Assembly (NCBI GenBank): GCA_030141605.1
Contig: JAQGDQ010000493.1
Location: 1-64,000, forward strand
Source of the DNA: Tubiluchus corallicola
Lineage: Eukaryota; Animalia; Priapulida
Length of the DNA: 64,000 nt
Direction of reading: 5' to 3'
The translations under genes were made by a program, and so were the position numbers. Numbering within the stretch: position 1 is the first letter of the stretch; each line of letters starts with the position of its first letter. Positions 25,181 through 39,200 of this stretch are shown piece after piece. Under the pieces are notes generated by a model that saw only the letters and a list, made by a program, of their open reading frames with translations, was not told the DNA's origin and ran no database searches.

Positions 25181-27252
25181 TTAAAATAAAATGTTAATTA
25201 TAACACAGTTTTGAAACTTTGGTTACTAGTTAAATATTTTGTACGCTAAGCAAAGACTGCAAGGCCTACATCTCTCTTTGACGATTTATAGCAGCTGTTA
25301 TCTTTTTGAATATTATTTAAAGTAAGCATAAGGCGTTAAGAATAATTTGTAGTTAAAATAAAAATTATTATAATCATATCTCATAAAAATTAATAGGCTT
25401 ATTTACAAAAGAAGTTAAGAAAGTTGATCAAAAGAAAGAATACCTGGCTCATGTAGTATTCGATTTCTGGAGAAATATTTTTTCTAAAAAACATTTCTAT
25501 TTCATATGTTCTTATCAGGAAATATAACTTGAAGATATATTAGGCCTGACTTTCATGTGTAATACCTTTCATAGAAAAAAATCGATTTTTTCAGAAGAGC
25601 AAATAATTTTCCAGAACATAACTTAATCTAAACATCTGCATGTTTTGTTAATTCCAAGTTAAAAAATGTTTACAAAGCATATAATAATACATTGGCCTTT
25701 GTTATGAGTTGGAGTTAGTTATAAAATTACGTTGAACAAGCAGAGATGTATTTACGACATTGCTCCTCTTTTTTATTATCAGTCAACAAAAAATAACTGA
25801 AGGAAACATCAGAGCTGTCATCCTAAGCATCCGACATAACTTCCAACTCTATAACAACCAACTAACTATGTCAAAACCTAGTTAAAGAATTCAGGCGAGA
25901 AGCATAAATTAGAATCTGCACGCGTGTCATAATACCTTATAATATCATGTGCAGACATTACTTATATTTGGCCTAATTTTTTAAGATTCAGTTAGGCTTA
26001 CATCAAAATAAATGTTCATTAAATACAGTTTGCTTACGTGTAAAAAATGTACTTGTATAATGTTCTTTTGTTTTGTTTATTAATTAGACTCTAGTATTAT
26101 TTTAATGCATGTACTTTGCAGCTTGATTCAGTTCCCTATTTGAAAGTTCTGTTTGGCTAGCTTGCTTTTCATTTTATTTAGTTTGTTTTTTATTATTTTT
26201 ATTTAGTATTATTGTTATTATTTTGCATGTTTTTCTTTTGCTAATAGGTACCATTACGACCTTTGTTACTTTATTAGTAAGGTATAAATCAATTTAAATG
26301 AAATTATTCATTCATCGCCGCCTATATCAAAATCGTAATTACATATTAAGTTTTCCTCATGTTTCCTTGCTGTTCATTACATCTTTTACTTTATTTCAAA
26401 ATTATTTCAATATTTATATCAAAATCGTAATTCCATATTGTGTTTTTCTTATGTTTCCTTGCTATTATTACATCATTTACTTTATTACATCAATTTCATT
26501 GAGTCATCTACAAAAGCACGCATATCTTTAATAATTTTTTCATTTTCATTTAAGTAAGGTGAGTGTGTTAATGACCGTATGGTCGTACACTCACCTCACA
26601 CTACTCAAATTATTTTATTTATTGTTTATTTATGTGTACAATATTGTATTTTGATGTGTGAAATAAAATTCATAGTTCATAGTTCCGTCTTTCTATTAAC
26701 TCTCTCTCTCTCCCCCTCTTTCTCTCTAAGAGAGGGGGGGAGAGAAAAATCAATAAATCAATGAAAAATGCATTACTTCTTTACATAGCAGGCAGCCCAT
26801 CACGCAGTCAGCTAGCCTCTTTCCTCAGGAAAAACAATAAAATTTTACTTACAAGAAAACTGAACAGGCATTTGCAAGTACATATTACAAACTTATTGCT
26901 ACAATTTTTTTCCTTTTCATGAAATGTTTTCAGTTTTTTTAAACTAATAATTGCTTTTAATTGAGATATACTTCTTTTATTAACAACGCAAAAGTGATTT
27001 TGGCTTATCAAAATTGCACGTATGCCAACACTACTGGTGAACTTAATAATATTATTATTACAGTCAATGCGGCGCTCCAAATTTTTCACTGAATGGCCGT
27101 TTGATGCCGCCAGCATAGCCGCTAATCGCAAAAAGGAAATACGTAACATTAGGCGGTTTTCGTCACTTCCTCTTTGTACACTTTGCTACTGCAGTAGTAA
27201 CTGAACGCGTGCTTTTTTGTGTATTTTCATTTTCGAAGTCTTTCCGCGTGGA

Positions 27253-30200
27253 ATGGAAAGGATTCTTTTCAGGACTTTCAGAAGTTTCTCTCAACAGTTC
27301 TATCATATTGTCAAAATGCACACAAAATCATACGAGGTGAGTATTTCACAGAATTGCAGTTGGTTATTATTATGATAATTTTAAACCACTGGACCGAATC
27401 AAAACTAAAGTAAAGTAAGAAACGCGTGCAAAATGTGTGATATAAGTAACAGGAATCAGTTACTTCCAATGTGCATTACTTTACACATAACGTTTACGAA
27501 GTTGAAACATTAATGTTCAAAAGGTTGAATACTTAAATGAATGTATAATCATCTTTCGGCGCTATTACACTTTCGCACCGCCTAGCTTTTTCTAGGTTAT
27601 TACTAGTTTTTAGGCTCGTAAGTCATCATTCTATTATTCTTACGTCATCAGTGAATGTTTCCGCTAATCTAATTGTAATTTAATAATATATTTAGGTATA
27701 ATTACCAATAATTACGCTGTATTCACAGTTCTACACCTATACAGGGCGTATCGCCACCTTGTTTGTGTGTGTAGTCACGTGACGAATTTCGTACTAGTTT
27801 ATGCATTATCAGGGCCTAGCTTAAAAGGCACGTGACACACTTTCATCTTCACCGCATTTACGAAATAAAGAAAAAACCTTTACTTTTTTTATAATCTAAT
27901 AGTAATAATACTGCAGTAATAAATAAAATTAATGATAAATAACTGCAGTGGTCTAAAATAATTTCCCGCGATACGATACAAACTACCGTAGCTGCAACCC
28001 TAATAATCATAAATTATGCGAAGAAACTAAAAATACAGGTTAAGGGTCACATACGTCACTGCGCGAGAGCGATTGCGCATCAGTGGTGTAAACACGGTTA
28101 TTCACGTGCAGCTTTTAATGGCGGCTGTAGGTAAGTAATGCATGATTTTAATCTGATTTTAATCTGGACTTATAAAGCGCAAGAAGCAATAATATTATGG
28201 GAATCTGGTGTATATTACGCCTGTTGGTCTGCTTTCTGGCCTGCAGGCGTGAAAACAACCAATAGGCCAGGAAAAGCTAGGCGGTGCGAAAGTGTAATAG
28301 CGCCCATCTTTCTATAACCCTGTTTTATGTTCCTTATGCACGAGGCTATCAAAGTTAAAGCCATAACAAATGCAAACAGTAATGGGATAGCTTCAAAAGT
28401 GGGTATTATCAGTAAAAACATGTGAAAAATGTTACTTCAAAAAACGGGAATCAGTTATTTCCAATACATATACATTACACATTACAATGACAAATTTTAC
28501 TATCGCCAGTATCAGTAAATAAAATGGTGTACAAGGATGCAACTAGTTTAACTTATCACTTAGCAGTCATTGTGCTCTTCTATGGGCTTCTAATGTTGAT
28601 TTATTTGTGGTTCCGGCAAAAAGCTTACAATCTCTGTTCTTTGAGATGCATCTTTATGTATTTTTTCAGCTCAAACTTCCATAACATTTTTCTAGGTGGT
28701 TTTAACTTGTGAAAGAAGCCGGAATTTAGGTTGAAAATCTCAAAATATGAGAAATCAAAAAGTTATAAAATGATGAGCCTTATATAGGCCTATACATAAT
28801 GCTGCAAATTATATTAAAAATGCATTATAATTAATATAAACAAATATGATATTTACAAAAAAGCATTCAATCCTGATGGAAAAAAGTTGAAAGTTTCTCA
28901 AGCAGCTGTTTGTCGCTTGGTTTGTCTCAATGTCTAACATCATGAAGCTAAGTAAAAAAAATTGAATTTTGGCAATGTCGGCAGTTCTTTTGTATATCCT
29001 TAATATTTATGTAATCATCAATGCTAATCTTAAAGAATTTTAAGATAAGTTTGCTTTCAACTCTTTTCTTCGTGACTAACAATACTTGTTTACCCACTTT
29101 TGCTAGCTACAAGTGAAAAAATTTTTTCTTTCTTTCTCTGGTTATAGGTCCTAATCATAATAATAATTTTAAATACATAAAGTTTAATTTAATATTTAAA
29201 GAGAGTCACGTTTGTCTCTTCTTTCCCATTATTGAACATTATTTTATTAGAAACTAACACTTTTGTATCATAATTCAATCAACAATCGTCATAAATGCAA
29301 AATCTGATCATTTTTAATTACTTGGTACATGCGCATTAATTATATTAGTAACAATTCTGAGAGGGTGGCTGACCTCGATAACTCATAGTTCTTTCGTCAC
29401 CCTTTCACCACTAATCAATAATTACTTTTGCACTTTATATTATTGTATATTGCACAGATTTATAAATCACTTAGTTATGTATTCTGCTATTTTAAAAACG
29501 GCGATAAACTAATAAGCTTACTTATTTACTTACTCACATCGCCTGTACTGAGTGCACATTAAGTTTATGTATCTCTCTTGCATCATGCTTAGCTCAATGT
29601 TGAAATGCCTTTGATTAACAAATGGAGTAGAACTTTCTTAGCTTACCCACAGACCAAAGCTAGGTAACTTAATTAGTTGTTAGTTAAGTAACATAACATT
29701 CTCTGTACTTCTTCCTCTTAACTTTAGGAATTTTAACTTTGCCCATTAAGCAGTATACATACTACCTATTTCCAAGTGCCATATGGGTTGTGTTGCTCGA
29801 CTTTGACGACTTTTTCTTGCAGGAGGCGATTCGAGCACTTAACGCTTTGCAGACAAATGCACAAACCTTGGAGAAGATTCGCAGGGAAGGTGGCCGCAAT
29901 AGAGACATGAAGATTCCTGATACGATTCGATTTGCAGAGCGTGCTGGCGTCACTGTAAGTTCATATGCATTTTTAAATAATTCGGAAATGGCACCAGAAA
30001 AAGCCGAGGCTGTTGACAGAAATGTATCAATGGTTAAGATGAATCACCGTTTGTACTGGCAATTCCTGAGCCAGTCTACGCAGATCAGATACACCCTAAT
30101 TTCAATTTTGTTTAACAGAATGTCAAATTATCCAATAAATAATGAATTTATAAGACATTCCTTAATTTGCTAAATGTTTTTGGAGACAAGGCCAAAATTC

Positions 30201-33200
30201 TGCATGATTATTTAGTAAAATGGTTTAGGAATGCTATAGCTGGCACATTTAGTTTTACTGATGACTATTGCCTTATTAGCTATGTTAAATGTGGAACAAA
30301 AATGCATTCTGCTATTGCTATCTATTTATCTATCTGTCTGAGTATATACATATACTCGTACAAAACTATTTCTTTTAATAACGTTTGTGACCTGAAAATT
30401 TCAGAACATGGTGATAATTTAGGTTTTTAGAGACATAACAATTGAATTTAAGGCTTCACTACTAATGTGTGTGCACTTCGGATATCCGGGTCACGGCTGT
30501 GGAGTCGGAGTCGGTAGCAAATTTATTGCTAAAGGAGTCGGCGTTGGGACTCGGGTGTACACTTATTGTTAGAGGAGTCGGTAAAATAGACAAGCTATGA
30601 CTCCAGTTACTTTAAAAACATTTATAAGAAGCAGCCTGATTATTCACTTGGTAGTAATGAAATGCTAAATATTCAGAACACTACAAACTGTTATTTGGAG
30701 GCTGAAGTCGAAGTTAGGGTTCTTAAAATTTTCGGAGTCTGATTCGGGGAGTTGGACCTTCTAAAATTCTAGGAGTCGGGAATTTAATGTGCTCACTCAA
30801 GCTAATCACGAGTTCAGGTGTTATTTACTAATGTAATAACCTTGGCATACTGTCTACCTGTGCAGAGAATGCATATGTACACAGCATAAACTACACCTAC
30901 AAGGTTTCGTGTACTTTGCTATCTCTGCATATTTAGGTTGATCATAGCCGATTGTAAGCCTATGGTTTGGAAATTTTCCATTTGATCATAGCTCTGTACC
31001 AGATAACATAATTACGATATTACTGGTGAAATTGCTGTGTTCAGCGGCTGTTGTATTTGCTAGTACTTTTTAATAAAGCTTTTGTACAACCAGTGCCCCT
31101 AGTTTATGGAAATTAGTCCATGAAGATCAGTTACTTTATCAGTCAAAATCTATGACACTAACCTTGTCGTACTGTTATAGTTTTACTACTTGTCAGTCTG
31201 TATCAAAGAGCAACTGTTCACTGCTTAAACATAGCAGGTCTTCGTGTACCAAAAATAACACTTAAAAATATATTTTAAATTATACCTAGTCTTTCTTTCT
31301 AAAATAATTATACAACTACTTTTGCATTTAATTTTTACACAACATTCGGCACACTACAAAACAGTATTCAGCATGCAACTACAGGACCTACTTCAGCTGA
31401 CTGTGGCAGGACAAGAATCTAGTTTTACGTATAACCAAAAATAACTCTCTAGAATCAAAGCCATATGCATTCTCCCTTATCAGGACAAAAAGACTTAGGC
31501 AGATAAAATTTTGCAGAAGTGACTTTCCCAGTAATCACCTATACATTTACTGGTCAGGCCAAGCATTGCTTTTCTTTGGCTGTCAAGCACATACCATAAC
31601 CACATGGCTATTTCTCTCCTTATCTTACTGATTCTAAAATGTTGGCAGTGGTGACGTGACGATGAAAGCTACAACAATAGTGGTGAGTGGTAACCCATCA
31701 AAATGCTTTCCAAAAAAAGCAAACTATTATGAATAATTTTGACTGACACTTCGTATTTTTGAGCCTGCACAAAGTAAATTTTACACAAATAAATGCCTGA
31801 GAGTGGCCTAAAAGAGGGCGAATACTCCCGGCTGGCAGTGTAGTGTAAAAAATCCATTGAATTCATTGATTTTAGTCAGTGACGCTAAGAGGCTTTGCTT
31901 AGATTTTCTTCCTGCTAGATCTGCTCACAAAGACTCCCATGACTGCAATAAATAATGTTGAGTCCAAGTTGTACAAATATGACATAGATCATTGAACAAA
32001 AGTTTATGACAGCTGAACAGAAATGTCCAGTCCATCTCTAACTTGAACGGACATGGGCAACAGAAATTAAACAACGAGTCTTAAATCTGTCATTAGAATA
32101 AGAATATCAAGAGACATATTGGAATAAAATATAGACAGGTCTAACTTTTAGTTTTTCCTTGCAGTTAATGTAAAATAAGCTTCAGCGAAAACAACATGAT
32201 TTTTGTATCTTCTGAGAGGGATGACTTGAATGACTGTTTGTTGTTTCTAACTATACTGAGACATTTATGCTAATTTATGTTTTTTAGTAAATTTTTAATT
32301 CTGAATTTTAATTATTTATAGATGGATGATGTAGATGAGTTGGAAATCATACATGTCAGTGGTACGAAGGGCAAGGGCTCAACCTGTGCATTCACAGAAA
32401 GCATTTTGCGCAAGTTTGGTTACAAAACAGGCTTGTATACGTGAGTATATTTTCCAAAAAAGTGAAAACACATTTAATTAGCTTATTGATTATTTTTACT
32501 TTATTTGAGTTTCAGTAGATTTGTATATCACAGTTGGCGTGATGCGATTTAGTTCACCGTGTGACACACAGGATAATAGAAATCGTATCATGATCATGGA
32601 TATCGAGATATTGCATTGATCTTTTTCACAGTTTGAGCGATTGATGATGATTGTGGAAAGGTCAGAGGTTAAGTGAACTAGACAATGCATATGTGTTCAC
32701 TTGACAATGCCTTGTAACCCATGCTACTGTAACAGTAACAGTTTATGTTTTGTCTTTTCTGTTATTTTATTTTATGCGAATTGTTGCTGCTATTTTAGAT
32801 AAGGCAGCTTTCACATAAGAATAACATGTTAGTTTAAAACTATGCAGCATTAATTACTCAAACAATTTAATGTTTTTTACTTAGTTAGACGTTACGCACA
32901 TGTCACATGGCGGTTGTAGTTAAGACGTGTTGCTATGATACACTTAACCTTTGACCTACAGCAACTGCGCCTGCACACAACGAAACTGTGAAAAGCTTAT
33001 TAAACACAAACATACCACATGCCTCTTAATGTCTTGTGCTAACTTAGTGAATATTAAAACCAATATATAAATTTTCTACGGAATATAACAGTCAAATCTT
33101 AAGCTGCAGTAGTGGGAAAAGTTCAAGTACCGGTTAGGATACTAAGTATAATTTCTATATTCATTACTGTTGAATGGTTCTACATTTTCATTTTGTCAAA

Positions 33201-36200
33201 AGCAAAACGTATATACTTTAACACGTACAATAATGCCAAAGCATTTCTGATAATTAAATAATACATGTAGGTTAAAAACTTAATTAAGGGCAGGCATCAC
33301 TAACTAGTGATAACATTACAATTGAAAATAATTTGCAACGGCACAGATATCCCATAAACGTGTTGCACATGCTTGCGAAAGTGGAAATTGAAGTGCGCTA
33401 CTACTGTACAACATTCAATGTGATATACAAAAGCTTGACAAATTATAATTTTAAAATTAAATTTTTAAGTTTACTGTTGAGTGTGAGCTGTCGAATGTGT
33501 GCACTACATCACAAATGAACAACTCTGAACTGAGAGCTACAGTACCTCCCTTTTGTGCAATGCATTTCTGAGATGCAGGCACTAGTACACATGTAACGTG
33601 CGAATGTCGAAATGCATGTAACAATGAAGAACTAGACACAGAAATGCCTAATTGCCATTCTGTGGTAAAAATTCTTTCACGTAAGCCGTGTTTGGAAAAA
33701 ATAGTGTGTGCCCTTTCAGTATTTTGATGGCTGATTGTTTTGAGCTAAAATTTTAGATTGGGTCTGGTTTTCCTTTAACCCACGCACCTGGAGTGGCTAG
33801 TTGCTGAAAATGTTTTTTTTTTGTAAATGAATTTGTTGCTTTGCTAACAAGTTTCAAGTTTTTGTTGACTTCTGTATACAGAGTGAATACAGTGCTTGGG
33901 CCTAAATTTATCTTGCATACTCTGTTGAGAGCACTTTAGCCTGAGGTAAAAACTTCATTTGCAAATTTGAAATCCTTTCCTGCAAGTTTGCCAAAACGTT
34001 TGGCACGTACCAAGTGGCATGATATTATTTTTGATACAGTATTTTTTACATTTTAATTATTCTCAGAAGGGCTTTCTGGAAGTGATTTGCCCCCGCATTA
34101 TAGAAAAAACAAAAAGAATAGATAAAGACTGGCATAACCATTAAAAAGAGCATTTAATTTTACCTTGATATCCAAAGTCGCCATTATTTACAGTTCCGAG
34201 GGCCATAAACAGACATAGGGTGGCTTAGTTTAGTGGTGGCAAGCTCGCTTCTCATCCAGAAGGTGGTGAGTTCAACTTCCAAGCGAGTCATACGGCTGTT
34301 TGTTCGACCAAGCACGCGGGTTTATCGAATAACATGCAGATAATAATAATTGGGACCATCTTGAAAATAAGTATTAAGTTGCTTAATGTGTTACGCCTGG
34401 ATTATGTCCTAAACGCAATTATTATTATTATCGAGAACTTGATTGGTTGTGTATCTTCTGCTTTATGATTTTAAAGAAATTAGAGTAAAATGTTGTTTTT
34501 CAATTGTTTATTTCGCACGAAATATTATTTCTGACAATTAAGTTTTAACGCAGCTAGAAAAATTGATGAATTTAGTTTCAGTGTTGTTGTCAGATCTGTA
34601 TGTTGTTCATAGCTGTGTATAATAAAACAGTGAACTAAGGATTAAAGCGTTATGGTGGACAATAATTATTGCACATGATTAAATGATGAGAAGTTATGTT
34701 AAAAATGGCAAGTCATGAGTTAGTAGATGACAGTAAAAACTACTTGTAAAGAAACAATATTTTAGTTCACTTAGTTTTAATGTTTCACATATTACAATTT
34801 ATACAACTAATTGCTGTGCAGAGTTAAATGGGAAAGAAATACTGTCCTACATTATAGTTGTTCTTCCAGGGAGAAATTTCCTAAACAAGCTTATGCTGCC
34901 CTGGAAAAACACATTTACAGAATCATTTTGTGACTAATTACCAAATTAATGGACTCTGTAAACTGGTTATTCACATGGCTTTAATCATGGCCTAAAACAT
35001 TTGCTATACTTTGTACAGCAAAATGTTAAATAATTACTTTCATTCAGAAAACTATTTGCTGCAATAGGTACAATTCATGTAGTTTTTTCAATGGGAATGG
35101 TGTCGTGACTCAATTAAAAGGATGCATTAAAAAGAAATATTGTAATAATTAAATTATCCATAATTGGCAAATAAATGTAACTTCAAAATGGAATTTATTG
35201 CTTAACGGTTTCGAACCAAGCTGTTCGTTATCTATGTATCTAAAACAAAGAAATTTGCCAGAACTTAGTAACAACATCGAAATACAATTCAGTAGTTATT
35301 AGCCAAAAAATATATGGTATAATATTATATGGATAATTTAACAATTTGCCTTACAGACTACATAATTATCCTGTTTGGTATGAAACTCCGCAAACAAACA
35401 AAGTACATGTATTAAATTACATTTCGATGTTGTTTCCAAATTCTGGTAATTTTCATTGTTTTAGATACCTTGATAATGAACAGTTTAGTTTGAAATTGGC
35501 TGGCAATTAATTCCATTTTGATGAAATAATTAAATTATCAAAAATATTGCCATTTATATCTACTTGTGATTATTTTTAATTACAGCTGGGCTACAGTGGC
35601 GTCGTGCTATAGGGGCCCGGGGGGCCTGCCCCCCCCCAATTGTTTACAAAATGTCAAAAATTTTAAGGGTTTCGGCGGCTTGCAATGAGACCAATAAGGT
35701 GTAAAATTTTGAGGAACGGTGAAATCTCCCACTGTAGCATGATATTCGATTATATATACACATAGGTATTATTACTGATTGAATCTAATGTCAAGATGGA
35801 GAAAGTCAAGACTCTTTTCACCTTCTACATGGCTGATCTCGATGAAGAAACCCTCGAGTTGGAGTACCGCTTGTTCACTCATGCTGTTGCTGCAGACTGT
35901 TCCTGAACATGTCAACACAAACTGCATTCACTCAGTAGTCAGTATACTGTTGTATGACTTCTTCTGGACTGGACAAACTTTACCCAATGATCTCCATCGC
36001 ATACCAGTTGATTCTGACTCTGTCCGTTATGTCTTGCTCTTGTGAGAGATCCTTTTCTGCTCTTAAATTTGTCAAGAATGCTCTCCGCAGTACAATGAGT
36101 CAGTCACGACTGAGTGACCTGATGATCCTTGCAGTTGAGGCTGAGAAAGCAAAGAAGTCTGTGGTTGAGCTCTTCTGGAGTGATGTTCTGAGTCGTTAGT

Positions 36201-39200
36201 ACAAATTTTTAGTGCATTAATTCATGTGTCGCTGTATATCGTTTTTTACGCTTTAACCTCTTTGCTTTATCTTGGTATAAACTGTAATACCTGTCATTGC
36301 TTTTCTACTATACCCCTATAGTCATCCTGTAATGTATTCATGTTATGTTGTTGGCTTTGACTGTGTTGCTGAATCATTTAAAAATAATGTTTGTTGTTTG
36401 TTCAACATCTTCATCTTGCCTCGGAATAAAAAGTTTAGTAATTGTTAAAAATATTAAATTAAAGGTACATATGTTTTGGTAGTCGTCTTTTCATCGAATC
36501 TTTGGATTCCTGACAGCTAATAAATACTTAATTAAATTTTAATTTAAATTAAATGCCAGTTGGGAATAAATAAATCGTTTTTCTTGCATGCAAAAAACTG
36601 GTGTGGGAATTCAAAATTATACGTTTTTTGAACACTTAAGTTCCGCCATTATATACAGTCGGGCCCCCCTAATTTTTTTTTGGTGCACGACGCCCCTGCT
36701 GGGCTATCATTTCTTGACACCCTGTGCATTAATACAATTCTTTTATAACAATAAAACTGCAAATATCTTAAACCTCTTTGCACATTGCAAACAGAGTTCC
36801 AGTGTTCAACAGCAACTTAATGTCAATGTCTGTGGCAGAACCAGAACCTGTTTCGTCCGCATTCAGATGTAAATGCATGAATTAAACAGCCACAATCAAC
36901 GGGCAAATGAAATCGCTTGCAGCAAGTCGACCAAACCCAGACAGTTGTGAGCTGTTCACTGACCAGCATAGTTAACTTTGGTCGTGAAACGCGTGCGTGC
37001 GACCACTCAGCTATTTGTTCACTCTGTTTGCCTTAGACTGTTTGTAACAATATAATTAATTAACTTAATCTTTTAAGTACTTAGTTAAACAGCGTTGTCA
37101 AAGTTAAACTATTATAGTTTTTAAGAACGCGTCCACGAGAACACCATGCAAAATCGAAAAATTCCGGCACAAGGTTAGGTAAACTGATTCAGACCAAAGT
37201 TCGGGTATGAGGTCCACTAGTCACTAGTATTCACTATGTGAATCCGCTTGGCCCAACTCCTCATAGTAGCAGAGGTACGGCATAGGCCGATTTTCATGAA
37301 AAAATGCCTATTATTCTCTATTTTTTACTCATATTTTAAAGGATTAGCCATTCAGCAACCACTGAGTTTGAATAGATCTGACTCTGCACAGTACTGGATC
37401 TTGTTATCTTCTCCAAAATGACTTTTCGACTTTGGTCCCAAACCCCCCTCTTTCGGCTCTACTGGGGGTCTTTAAGCTCGCAGTACGCACAAGATGCAAA
37501 TACTCAGTCATTTCAAAGTCTTATATCTCACCCACTGCCGGGGCGGGGACAAAAATATCGATATGTATGTGAATAGAGCATCCCATCCCACTATGCTGCA
37601 GTGACAATTTCGATGGAGCGAATTTCCACCCTATTGTAAATGACACCTGAAAGAGGCATATATCAGGGTGAAAATATAGGTAACAACGATCATCAAAAAG
37701 CTTCGTGTAGGTAAACATGAGTTGTCAAATCTTGTCAAAATACTTCAAAACGTCACAAATATTCATCTTTGGCAACTAGGGGCCTGGCCAGCACATTGGT
37801 TAAACTACCGACAGGATTGGACTCCAGCATTCAAGATGGCGGCCACTGCTGAACTAAAATGTTCGTTTTCTGGGCTGTTTACCAGCGTTAAATGCGGTAT
37901 TCTGACTAGTTATCCACACGAAACGAATATTGTGAATCTATTAGCCTGCACTAAAGACACTAGACCACATTTAGAGCGCTTCCATCTTCAAACAAATGAA
38001 ATATCTACGGAATGGAAATTGCTTCTTGCAAGGACTGGAAAATGTTTTATGTACTGTTTATTTTCTATGGTTTGTAAATGTTATGTACAGGTTATTACCT
38101 AGTTATTATTCATTGTCTTACATAGGCGTACAAGCCAGGACACAAAGAAAATTGCCCTAAATGCAGGGTGCATAAGATTATGGATATGTATAAAATAAAT
38201 AAAATAGCTTATTTTATGGATTTTTGAAATTTTATTTTATGGATATCAATAAAATAAGAAATAGACTATATCTGGAACGAGATGCCCAGGGGGAAATCAG
38301 TTAAAAAGTAAAAACAGGAATGCTTGAAACCTGTTTTTAAACACTCAGGACTTTTAATTTTATCGGTTTCGTTTTAATTTTATCGGTTTCATATCACTTT
38401 AAATTTAATCAAATTTTAGGAGACAATGCCTTGTAATTCATCATTTCAGTTCAAATAATTCGTCTGCTTGGTACGAATGTAGAATGCCCTCTAGGCTGAA
38501 GTTTCCGATCCAATGCCTGTATTCAGTTTTGATTGCCTTGACACTCGCAAAATCGGCCTTGACCGTTGCCGTGTTCCCGAAGGCTGTGGCCAGGCCTCCA
38601 ACAAATGTAATTAAAGTAGAAAACTTTTCTCGTTTGATAAGCTCCTTCCAAGAATCATCAAAGCTCGAATTTCGTGCATCCACAGCCATTTGAACAGAGG
38701 GATCATCTCTGTACAGCCGCACCAAATCTTTATGCTCTATTTCAATATTTTCGATGTCTTGTGGTGTCCAGCCCGCTGCTCTCAATCTCGGCGCTTGAGT
38801 CTTGATTTCAACACCAAGTTGTGCTGTCGTTGTCTTGATAACAAAAAGACAATGAGAAAAAACAATGTAAAATAGCAAATCCGGAAATGCGCTTTTGTTG
38901 GTTTGTTTTCTTTCTCTTTCTCTCCTTCCAACGTTCGTTTTCAGTGTTGCCAATGCTTACAACTCGTTACTTTACTCGTTGTACAAAAAATCACAAAAAA
39001 AATATATTTTTTATTTTATGGATTTTTCAAATTTTATTTTATGGATTTTTGGTCTTATTTTATGGATATCTATAATCTTATGCAGCCTGCCTAAATCTGA
39101 GCGAATGCCCAAAAAATATGGGACAGACTTCCCCCAAAATATCATTTGTCCGGTGATTTTTTGACTGTAAAACATCGAAAAATTTTGTGCCATTGGCGCA

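Noticed and set aside
26320-26490. ~90-bp tandem duplication upstream of FPGS
   Set aside because: Real but diverged, AT-rich and with no sign of function.
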